NCBI GenBank assembly: GCA_029858305.1 | Contig: JAOUFI010000058.1 | Coordinates: 1-13,300 of the forward strand | Reading direction: 5' to 3' | Source of the DNA: Candidatus Thorarchaeota archaeon | GTDB taxonomy: Archaea > Asgardarchaeota > Thorarchaeia > Thorarchaeales > Thorarchaeaceae | Length of the DNA: 13,300 bases | Part shown: positions 1-7,087 of the stretch, in pieces | How the letters are laid out: each line of letters starts with the position of its first letter | Numbering within the stretch: the stretch's first letter is position 1 | Notes under the pieces: generated by a model | Database searches by the model: none | Seen by the model: the letters and a program-made list of their open reading frames with translations, nothing else | Told to the model about the DNA's origin: nothing | Program-made: the position numbers and the translations under genes

Positions 1-367
1 AGAACAGGTCTCCCTTGGTGACCCGTGGGAGGAACTCTGCCCTTGCCTCAGGTGTACCATACTTGTCAAAGATAAACGCCCATGATGCCTCGACCAGGTA
101 CATGACCGGCAGTGCAATAGAGAGGTCTGCCTTTGCCAGCTCCTCGGCGGCTATACATGCCATGGTCCAGGAGAGGCCCGCACCACCGTACTCCTCAGAG
201 ACCGTTGGAGCCCAGAGCATCTGGTCGGCCATCTTTTTAATAAGATCACGAGGGATCTCGTGAGTTTTCTCATCATATTCTTTCCAGACTGGAGCGACGT
301 ACTTCTGAGCGAAGTCGTGCACAGCCTCGCGGAACATCTTTTCTTCATCCGACTCTTCAAAATGCAT
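1..367 (-). CDS. Acyl-CoA dehydrogenase family protein, N-terminal part (runs off the window's left edge)
   Basis: Not in the ORF track; translated by hand from ATG at 367: MHFEESDEEKMFREAVHDFAQKYVAPVWKEYDEKTHEIPRDLIKKMADQMLWAPTVSEEYGGAGLSWTMACIAAEELAKADLSIALPV...IFDKYGTPEARAEFLPRVTKG. Has the typical ACAD N-terminal motifs (EEYGGAG, EELA, YGT..R..LP...G). RBS-like GAGGT upstream (rc of 376-380). Confidence 0.93.
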   Translation of the reverse strand, partial: MHFEESDEEKMFREAVHDFAQKYVAPVWKEYDEKTHEIPRDLIKKMADQMLWAPTVSEEYGGAGLSWTMACIAAEELAKADLSIALPVMYLVEASWAFIFDKYGTPEARAEFLPRVTKGDLF

Positions 368-423
368 AGTAAACTACCTCTTGTTTGCTTGAGTCTTGCC
401 TGCGGGCGGGGTTGGAAAGCCCC

Positions 424-449
424 CTGCTTATAGTTCCTTCGTATGAGGC
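424..449 (+). repeat. Intergenic direct repeat, copy 1 (CTGCTTATAGTTCCTTCGTATGAGGC)
   Basis: 25/26 identical to the copy at 1509-1534; lies between divergent genes. Confidence 0.9.
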
Positions 450-557
450 GTCTAGTTCCTTCTTTGCAAATGAGAAATGTTCCTTGCAGCATTTCATAAA
501 CAGTCCACTGAACAAGTTAAATAGCTCTCATATACGACTGCCAATCGGTGAATCAAG

Positions 558-1496
558 ATGAGAGTGCTCGTTCTTGGTGGTACTGGTTTTCTTGGTTCTA
601 GAATCGTTACAAGATTGACATCACGTGGTCATGATGTTACTATACTCACCCGACGATCTGAAGCGGCAGAGTACTTCGGTAGCAGGGGCATCGAAACAGT
701 AGTAGGAGACCTCATGAAGCCCGAGGCGTTCATAGGCAATCTGAGTCCACAGGACTGTGTAGTTTTTGTTGCTATGCCTCTCGAGTTCGGTAGAATATCG
801 AAGAATAAGTTTGCTCAGATCAAAGAGAGGACTACCAAGTTCGTGTCGACTGCTCTTGCCATCGGGAAGAGACTCGGATGCCCGACCATACTGACTCTTG
901 GCACTGCGTACAGTACTAAGGCGGGGGAGGTAGCTGATGAGTCTTGGCCACTTTTCAGGACGGGTCTTACGAAGGCTGGCGAAGAGGCGGACGTGCTTAT
1001 TGCTAAGGCAAAGAAGGACGGACAACCACTCATCATAATGCTCCCAGGTCAGATCTATGGGCCGGGTGGCCAGTTCCTCAAAATGTATGAAATGATGAAG
1101 AATGGACGCTCAGGCGTCTTCGGTAGAGGTGACAACCACATCCCGAGGGTACATGTCGATGACTGTGCTCAGGCCTTTGTGCTTGCCATAGAGAAACAGC
1201 CCGTGGGTGAATCGTTCATCATAGCTGACGATACTCCGTGTACCACGCGAGAATTCACAGAGCGCATGGCGGAATGTATGGGACTGCCAAAACCTAGGAC
1301 TGTTCCAATTTTCATGGCTCGAATCATCCTTGGTGGTCTTCTTCTGAGCATTATGCAGATGGACTGCGTGGTGACTAACGAGAAGGCTAAAAGAGAGCTT
1401 GGGTGGGAGCTGGAGTACCCCTCTTATCAAGAGGGTCTCAAGGCCACAATCGAGAATCTAAGTGAAGGCACAGTCCTAGACCAGTCCGTACCATGA
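558..1496 (+). CDS. NAD(P)-dependent epimerase/dehydratase family protein (extended/atypical SDR)
   Basis: N-terminal Rossmann motif VLVLGGTGFLG, PGQIYGPG, VHVDDCA and C-terminal NEKAKRELGW..YPSY.EGL; RBS GGTGA at 547-551. Confidence 0.9.
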   Translation: MRVLVLGGTGFLGSRIVTRLTSRGHDVTILTRRSEAAEYFGSRGIETVVGDLMKPEAFIGNLSPQDCVVFVAMPLEFGRISKNKFAQIKERTTKFVSTALAIGKRLGCPTILTLGTAYSTKAGEVADESWPLFRTGLTKAGEEADVLIAKAKKDGQPLIIMLPGQIYGPGGQFLKMYEMMKNGRSGVFGRGDNHIPRVHVDDCAQAFVLAIEKQPVGESFIIADDTPCTTREFTERMAECMGLPKPRTVPIFMARIILGGLLLSIMQMDCVVTNEKAKRELGWELEYPSYQEGLKATIENLSEGTVLDQSVP

Positions 1497-1508
1497 AAGA
1501 CAAGTGCT

Positions 1509-1534
1509 CTGCTTATAGTTCCTTCATATGAGGC
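1509..1534 (+). repeat. Intergenic direct repeat, copy 2 (CTGCTTATAGTTCCTTCATATGAGGC)
   Basis: 25/26 identical to copy 1; lies between convergent genes, 12 bp after the SDR stop codon. Confidence 0.9.
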
Positions 1535-1580
1535 TCTGTCTGCTACTAAGACTAGGCTGATGAGATGAATAGGGACATTA

Positions 1581-2240
1581 TCATGGGTCAGGACCTTCAT
1601 GAATGATTTTCAGAGTCAGGTTCTGGAACCGCTTTTTGAAACCACTTCCCCTTGGAATTCCGACTAGTACGACTTGAGAATCAATCGATTTTGTATACAG
1701 AGCGAGAAGGATATATTTCGAGAGGACAGGAATCGAATAGGCAAGAAAATAGCCAGCCATCATAAAGAAGCCAAAGTCGCTCAGGAAACGGCTGGTGTAG
1801 AATCCATTGATACTCAGGTCTAGTAAGGAGATAATATTGAGTGGCAGTAGAGGAAGTACCCACCATATAAGAAGAGTAGTATACATTCTCGTACTGAGTT
1901 CAGCCTCTCCCTCTTTCTTCACGACATCAAGTTTCGTCGTTACAAAACGAGATAGATACAGACCAATCATCATCCCAGTAATGCAGGAAGTCAAGACCAC
2001 CAATCGTGATAAGTCAGAACCTAGTAGTGCCAAGATGCTTTGATCGATTGGTGAAGATGCCCCCCTAAGATAGTTGTATGCACCGATAAGCCAAGGTAAC
2101 GTACCAAGAACGAGAACACTCATGAAACAACATATTACTGGGAAAGATACAATGATGATGCCGGGATAGCGGACTCTTTCCATTTCAATCGCTTTTTGTT
2201 CCGAATCATCTATACCGAGCACCTCTGCGCCACTTCCCAC
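1581..2240 (-). CDS. Hypothetical integral membrane protein (about 4 TM helices)
   Basis: 219-aa ORF with four long hydrophobic segments; ends with tandem stops TGA TAA; fills the interval between repeat copies 2 and 3. The start is uncertain (GTG 2240 or ATG 2183). Confidence 0.75.
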   Translation of the reverse strand: MGSGAEVLGIDDSEQKAIEMERVRYPGIIIVSFPVICCFMSVLVLGTLPWLIGAYNYLRGASSPIDQSILALLGSDLSRLVVLTSCITGMMIGLYLSRFVTTKLDVVKKEGEAELSTRMYTTLLIWWVLPLLPLNIISLLDLSINGFYTSRFLSDFGFFMMAGYFLAYSIPVLSKYILLALYTKSIDSQVVLVGIPRGSGFKKRFQNLTLKIIHEGPDP

Positions 2241-2290
2241 CTGAAGGCTTTGCTAAAACTTGCCTTTGAGTATAAATTAACGGCATAACC

Positions 2291-2316
2291 TTGCATATAG
2301 TTCCTTCGTATTGTGC
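2291..2316 (+). repeat. Intergenic direct repeat, copy 3 (TTGCATATAGTTCCTTCGTATTGTGC)
   Basis: Shares TGC.TATAGTTCCTTCGTAT with copy 1; lies between divergent genes. Confidence 0.85.
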
Positions 2317-2430
2317 GGATAAGTCCTTGAATCTTGTCTGGAATGCTAAGACCAAAACTCTCTTGACTCCAAAAACCGTACAATATCATAGCGTGGCGTA
2401 ACATCTTTATCATGAGGGAGGATAGAGCTG

Positions 2431-3159
2431 GTGTTCAAAAGAATCATCAGTAAAATAACCGCTGCCGCTTTATCGGTTAGCCTATATCTGCCAGTCGTTA
2501 CAGGCACAGTGACCGGTATGGGCTGGGTAGTAGGCGGCTTGTATTTTTCATGGAGCCTCCTCCAGTACATAGTTCCTTATTCAAATAGATGGTATGACTT
2601 TGTGTATGTGTTCAATCGTCGTCCTGAGGGGCTGGAGATTGGCATAGTTGTTGCATTTCGATTCTCGCAGGTTCTTATGTTCTGCCTTGGACTATTTCTT
2701 CTCTGCTATGGGTTAGTCATTCTGGTTCGGGCACGAGTACACGAGGAAGGTCTAATCACACACGGTCCATACAGCTGGGTACGGCATCCTCAACACCTGG
2801 GAATCCTGCTCATGCTGTTCCTTCTGGCTTTTCCTCTTGAAACGAGTTACTCGACATTGCTCTATCCGGTAACCCGGCCTGGTGATCTGATATCTATGTG
2901 CTCGGTTCTATTCCTGCTCTTTTTAGTTGCTGATTTTGAGGATTACTGGTTGAGTAAAGAATACGGGGACTTTTATCTGCAATACCAGCAGAACACTCCC
3001 TTCATACTTCCAATTCGAATACAGCTTCCCAAATCAATGCACATTAACATGCTGAAACGTGGGCAGCCGCTTAGATATATACTGGCTACACTATTCTTCT
3101 GGGTTTTCTTGGTGCTGCTATCTTATCATTTCAGAATTGGCAGACCACCTATCTGGTAG
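2431..3159 (+). CDS. Isoprenylcysteine carboxyl methyltransferase / phospholipid methyltransferase-like membrane protein (ICMT/Ste14/PEMT superfamily)
   Basis: Signature LITHGPYSWVRHPQHLG and downstream ED..L...YG..Y..Y...TPFILP; several TM helices; GAGGGAGGA upstream of the GTG start. Confidence 0.85.
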   Translation: MFKRIISKITAAALSVSLYLPVVTGTVTGMGWVVGGLYFSWSLLQYIVPYSNRWYDFVYVFNRRPEGLEIGIVVAFRFSQVLMFCLGLFLLCYGLVILVRARVHEEGLITHGPYSWVRHPQHLGILLMLFLLAFPLETSYSTLLYPVTRPGDLISMCSVLFLLFLVADFEDYWLSKEYGDFYLQYQQNTPFILPIRIQLPKSMHINMLKRGQPLRYILATLFFWVFLVLLSYHFRIGRPPIW

Positions 3160-3208
3160 AGCTGCAGCAGATTCATTCCCGCATCTCAGAACATGTCTAG
3201 AACATGCC

Positions 3209-3228
3209 CTGCGTATAGTTCCTTCATA
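3209..3228 (+). repeat. Intergenic direct repeat, copy 4 (CTGCGTATAGTTCCTTCATA)
   Basis: 19/20 identical to the first 20 bp of copy 2; lies between convergent genes. Confidence 0.85.
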
Positions 3229-3259
3229 GTAGATATTCTATTTATCATCAGCAAATCAA

Positions 3260-4096
3260 TCAATCTGGAAACTTGACTTGAATTATTTTTATGATTCTAA
3301 GCCGATGATTGAGCCTCATCAAAAGTCGTGTCTTGCGTTTCCACTTTGGATTGTGGGGAAGGCGCGAGAATATGGGAAACTCGTCAATCACTTGGAGTGT
3401 AGGGTCCCATCTGGCGATTTGCTCAGCCGCGTTATCTAAGCTAAAAGAGAATGTGACACCCTTTGTGCCAGTCTTTCTCAATCGCCTATTCCATATTCTT
3501 GTTCCAAGGCTAGAAGGCATGTCAAAGATTAGTTCACCACTTGGAAAACGGGATGCCATTTTACGCACGAGAGTGACGACCTCTTCTTCTTTGAAATAAT
3601 TGAGCAGCCCTCCAATAAGGAAAAAGATGCCTCTCTCTTTTGAGAAATCTACTAATTCAAACCAGGTCTGGTCAAACACTGATTTTGGAATGACCTTGGA
3701 TCGTGAAGTCTCGGGAATATTCTCTTTGCGAATGGCTATCGCATCTGGGAGATCTAGGTCATACCAGAGGATCTGTCCGTTGTCCACACGGGAAAAGGTA
3801 GTATCAAGGCCGCATCCAATATTGACGATTGTTGTACGTGGATGTACTTCGATGTATTTCCGAATTGCATCGTCAAAAGAACGTGCTCTAAATACAAGAA
3901 GCAATCCGATAAACTCATCAACAAGCTTCTTCGTTAGGGCCAAATCTTCAGGCGGGGCACGATGTCTCTCTTCTAGGATGTTATAGATTCGAATTGCCTC
4001 TGTGTCATTTAACAACTCTGGATACTTCTGACTTAGAGTAGCACGTGCCCAAAATGGTCCGCCCATCGTTTGTTCAAGTGAATATTCCGGAGACAT
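3260..4096 (-). CDS. Class I SAM-dependent methyltransferase, leucine carboxyl methyltransferase (LCM)/TcmP-like O-methyltransferase family
   Basis: Motifs RARSFDD, IVNIGCGLDT...R, WYDLDLPDAIAIRK and GGLLNYF. The start is probably ATG 4096, preceded by GGTGAGG, rather than 4108. Confidence 0.9.
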   Translation of the reverse strand: MSPEYSLEQTMGGPFWARATLSQKYPELLNDTEAIRIYNILEERHRAPPEDLALTKKLVDEFIGLLLVFRARSFDDAIRKYIEVHPRTTIVNIGCGLDTTFSRVDNGQILWYDLDLPDAIAIRKENIPETSRSKVIPKSVFDQTWFELVDFSKERGIFFLIGGLLNYFKEEEVVTLVRKMASRFPSGELIFDMPSSLGTRIWNRRLRKTGTKGVTFSFSLDNAAEQIARWDPTLQVIDEFPIFSRLPHNPKWKRKTRLLMRLNHRLRIIKIIQVKFPD

Positions 4097-4585
4097 TATC
4101 CTCACCAATATTCCAGATAATGAATATGTCTTATCAGTTACTTGAACATTACAACTGATTTGGATGAATCCTCTTATAGATGATAAGGCTTCTTGTACTA
4201 AATGGCCTCTCTCAGGATTAATGGTATCGAAACATGCAATATGCAGTTAGTTTCTTTTCTTATCCCTCGTAACTATTATCCACTAGAACTTGTGATAAGA
4301 TTTAATTGACTGGTTTGCGAACTATTTCGGATGGGTGTGCAAATATTACTACGCCATATACGAGCGAATGGCTTCTTGAGGAAGAACGAAGAAGCCGCAC
4401 ATCAGTACCGTGGGGTATAGGCTCAAGTAGATATCTGTCAATTATTGTTGTCAGAAGATGATTTTGTTAAAAAATACATTTAAACAAATACATATAGTTC
4501 AATCCATATTTAGAAATTTCACATTTTAAATAATCGATGAAATGTGTCATAGCATGAAAGTGGTATCGAAGAAATGCTACTCTAG

Positions 4586-4650
4586 AAAAAGAAGGAGGAG
4601 AAATTCGAAATATTAATGCGTCCAGACCAGCTGCATAGCGAGTCTGGACG
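4586..4650 (-). terminator. Putative terminator/3' structure: 9-bp hairpin plus pyrimidine tract
   Basis: CGTCCAGAC (4619-4627) and GTCTGGACG (4642-4650) form a perfect inverted repeat about 20 nt after the stops of the 4674-5414 gene, followed on the - strand by TTTCTCCTCCTTCTTTTT. Confidence 0.5.
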
Positions 4651-4673
4651 TTCGTTTAATTCTTTACTGATTA

Positions 4674-5414
4674 TCATGCACTTGCGCGAATTGATCTTCC
4701 CTGAAAGATAGAACCAACTAGAATGAGGAACCATCCGAAGGTATGGAAGCTTACTATTGTCAAGGCTATGCTATTGGTCAATGTAACTCCTAGAGATAGA
4801 AGCTGTCCAAAACTCACTATCATCTCTCCAAAGAACCAGCTTAGGAGTCCCACAAGAGTAAGCCAAATCCATTTCACTCGTGGAGTCCCACGGATCCTAT
4901 CTTGTCTTGTGTATTTGACTGAAGCATAGAGTGGTATCAAAACCATGTATAAGATAGCCAAAACTATCCAGGAAATTAACCAAAGTTGTGTGTATGCCCC
5001 ATTGCCAAACGCGAGGAACATGAAGATTTCCACGACGATTGGTCCAATGAGGAAGACAATATACGCCCACTTTCTTACACTAAAGAAGTCCGGATAGGCC
5101 CACATTACAACATATATTGCGATAAAGAACAGAAACAGATACCTCATACCAAAGTTTAGGTATTGTCCCCACAGCGTCCAATCTGATAAAGGACCAACAG
5201 TGCTTATGATTCCCATCCTAGCCAGCATTACCACAACTACTGAAACAAGCAAGAATATGAAACCAAAGAACTGCAAGAGTGAGAGATTTCTACTTCTTCC
5301 TGAACCTGAAAAGGCACCCCACAAACTTAACAGGATAATAAGAAGCACGATAATAAAACCGAGAGCACCAATGGTGTTCACATAGAGTTCATATTGCATT
5401 AAAATATCCTCCAC
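4674..5414 (-). CDS. Hypothetical 7-TM integral membrane protein
   Basis: 246 aa with seven hydrophobic segments by eye, short loops and a basic loop between TM5 and TM6; ends TGA TAA. Confidence 0.8.
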   Translation of the reverse strand: MEDILMQYELYVNTIGALGFIIVLLIILLSLWGAFSGSGRSRNLSLLQFFGFIFLLVSVVVVMLARMGIISTVGPLSDWTLWGQYLNFGMRYLFLFFIAIYVVMWAYPDFFSVRKWAYIVFLIGPIVVEIFMFLAFGNGAYTQLWLISWIVLAILYMVLIPLYASVKYTRQDRIRGTPRVKWIWLTLVGLLSWFFGEMIVSFGQLLSLGVTLTNSIALTIVSFHTFGWFLILVGSIFQGRSIRASA

Positions 5415-5764
5415 TTGAACATAATGCGTTTCCGAACTTCTATTTAAGATGCATCATTCAGTAATTATTGCAAGTATTATGCTTTCAAAATGAAATTTGG
5501 ATGTTTCACATTCTAACTAGGTCTTGTTCCTAGATTACAGAACACAACATGAGCTATTCGGACTACAATGGTGCACATGCTTCGGTGTCAAATCGGTTCC
5601 TTGGCAAAAGATTGTGTTCCAATAACATCATCGTTCGAAGATGATTAAATCAATGGGCTAGAAATACAAGAGATTGCTAGGAATCGCATCAGAAAAGAAG
5701 AAGTGGAGCCCAATCCAACTTGGGCTCCATGTTGCCGCCGCATACAGCGTTGTTATAGCTTGTA

Positions 5765-5956
5765 TCATACTGCCATCGTGCTTTTGCTGCGTGAACACAT
5801 TATCGCACCTGCATCCACGAAGACCAAAATCCCTAGCAAAATCGCCAGAAATGGGTCGATCATATATGTGTTGAAATAGTTGCATGCTATTCCGCCGATA
5901 ACAACGAAGATTGCTATCATTAGTACTGTAATCACTATCTTGTCCCTTGTTTGCAT
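5765..5956 (-). CDS. Small 2-TM membrane protein
   Basis: 63 aa with two hydrophobic helices; very strong RBS AGGAGGTGA (rc of 5962-5970) upstream of the ATG. Confidence 0.75.
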   Translation of the reverse strand: MQTRDKIVITVLMIAIFVVIGGIACNYFNTYMIDPFLAILLGILVFVDAGAIMCSRSKSTMAV

Positions 5957-6219
5957 TCAGAATCACCTCCTGTACATTTGTTGGCTGTATCCATGACCGT
6001 AATTTCACTTCTCCTCAAGTGTACCCTCAGGACTCCACAACTGCCCTTCACTTCGAGTATTTCAGGTTCCACAAACGTGGCATGTTGCAGTGTACCAAGA
6101 GTTCCTTCTATTAGGACGCCTTCATGCACGTCAGTTGAGAGGGTTGAGAGCTTGTGCTTGTCATAATTGAGTTCGATTGAGAAGATGCGTTCGCCATTTT
6201 CGTCTTCTTGAAAGTTCAT
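5935..6219 (-). CDS. Small soluble hypothetical protein (beta-rich; resembles a conserved archaeal family from memory)
   Basis: 94 aa with pattern FSIEL...VLIEGTLG.L..A.FVE..ILEVKGS.GVLRV.L...EI; overlaps the next gene by 22 nt; purine-rich RBS upstream. Confidence 0.75.
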   Translation of the reverse strand: MNFQEDENGERIFSIELNYDKHKLSTLSTDVHEGVLIEGTLGTLQHATFVEPEILEVKGSCGVLRVHLRRSEITVMDTANKCTGGDSECKQGTR

Positions 6220-6313
6220 CTCTTGACCCTCAAGACAGATATGGGTGAGGACATGTGATAATCTTTAATTAGCAGGGGTACGAAAAAATTCGGACGGGTG
6301 CGAAAATCCTACC

Positions 6314-7087
6314 ATGTTAAGCCATGAGGAAGCCGATAGAATCTCGAAGATTCTCTTTGAATTTGCCAGCGACAGAAGATTGAGCATTCTTTTCGAGGTA
6401 CAACAACAGAACCTCAAGATGCAGCGAATAGCTAAAGTCCTAGATATGAACGTCACAGAAACTTTCAGACACTTGCAGAGACTCACCGAATCGAAACTTG
6501 TTGAGAAGAGAGTTGACGGCACCTATGCAATAACGCCTCTTGGTACTCTGGCAATTGGACTTCTCACAAATCTAGATTTCATTCTGAAAAATGGAAACTA
6601 CTTCCTGGAACACGATCTTTCTTGCCTTCCCTATGAGTTTGTGAACAGGCTGGGCGAGTTGTCAGATGCTGAGTTTTGTGGAGATACGGTGACCAATTTT
6701 AACAGAGTCAGAAAAATAGTGTACGAAGCAGAGGAATACATCTGGGCAATGGCGGAGCAAGTTGAGTCAAGCCACGTCCAAGCAACAAATGAGAAAGTGT
6801 CCAAAGGACTACAGTTTCGATTCATAATGCAGAACGATCTGACAAAGACATTTGAAGCGACTCCGGAAGTTGAGCACTTGAAAGAAAGAAGGACGCTCGA
6901 ACGAATCTGCGTCACGTTTTTGATGAATGAGAAAGAATCATGTGTCAATTTTCGAAGAAGGAACGGAGAAATGGACTACATTGGATTTTTTGGAAAAGAC
7001 GAAAGATTCCGCAAGTGGACCATAGACCTGTTCATGCACTACTGGGATAGAGCTGAAAGGTGGTATCCAAGCATTCGAAGTCCTTAG
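6314..7087 (+). CDS. Archaeal winged-helix (ArsR-like) transcriptional regulator with C-terminal DUF1724-like domain
   Basis: N-terminal ASDRRLSIL...IAKVLDMNVTETFRHLQRLTESKLVEK..DGTYAITPLG; middle YFLEHDLSCLP.EF..RLGEL; C-terminal F.KW..DLF.HYW. Divergent from the two small genes. Confidence 0.85.
   Translation: MLSHEEADRISKILFEFASDRRLSILFEVQQQNLKMQRIAKVLDMNVTETFRHLQRLTESKLVEKRVDGTYAITPLGTLAIGLLTNLDFILKNGNYFLEHDLSCLPYEFVNRLGELSDAEFCGDTVTNFNRVRKIVYEAEEYIWAMAEQVESSHVQATNEKVSKGLQFRFIMQNDLTKTFEATPEVEHLKERRTLERICVTFLMNEKESCVNFRRRNGEMDYIGFFGKDERFRKWTIDLFMHYWDRAERWYPSIRSP

Noticed and set aside
408-423. GGGGTT-GGAA-AGCCCC small hairpin adjoining repeat copy 1 as a structured RNA or tRNA end
   Set aside because: Only a 6-bp stem, no tRNA or intron features, and not present beside the other copies.
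15-492. ORF-track ORFs 15..263 (+) and 151..492 (-)
   Set aside because: Shadow frames of the acyl-CoA dehydrogenase (- strand, start 367), which has clear family motifs.
2569-2578. ATAGTTCCTT inside the ICMT-like gene (also AGTTCCTTC at 6100-6108 inside the 94-aa gene and GTTCCTT at 5596-5602)
   Set aside because: Short partial matches lacking the TGC.TAT and RTA flanks, mostly inside coding sequence; compatible with chance.
3188-3209. Tandem AGAACATG repeat matching the p53-type RRRCWWGYYY consensus next to repeat copy 4
   Set aside because: Only an 8-bp duplication seen once, in a prokaryotic context; likely coincidence or local slippage.
424-3234. CRISPR array interpretation of the direct repeats
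   Set aside because: Intervals are 0.8-1.1 kb and contain whole genes, the repeats vary, and no cas genes are present.
424-3234. Classical integron attC sites
   Set aside because: No long palindromes with RYYYAAC/GTTRRRY ends, genes alternate in strand, and no intI in the window.
4619-4676. TGA-TAA ending plus a downstream hairpin as selenocysteine/SECIS recoding
   Set aside because: The same TGA TAA double stop ends the 1581-2240 gene, there is no redox motif, and the hairpin lacks recognisable SECIS core motifs; a tandem stop and terminator is simpler.
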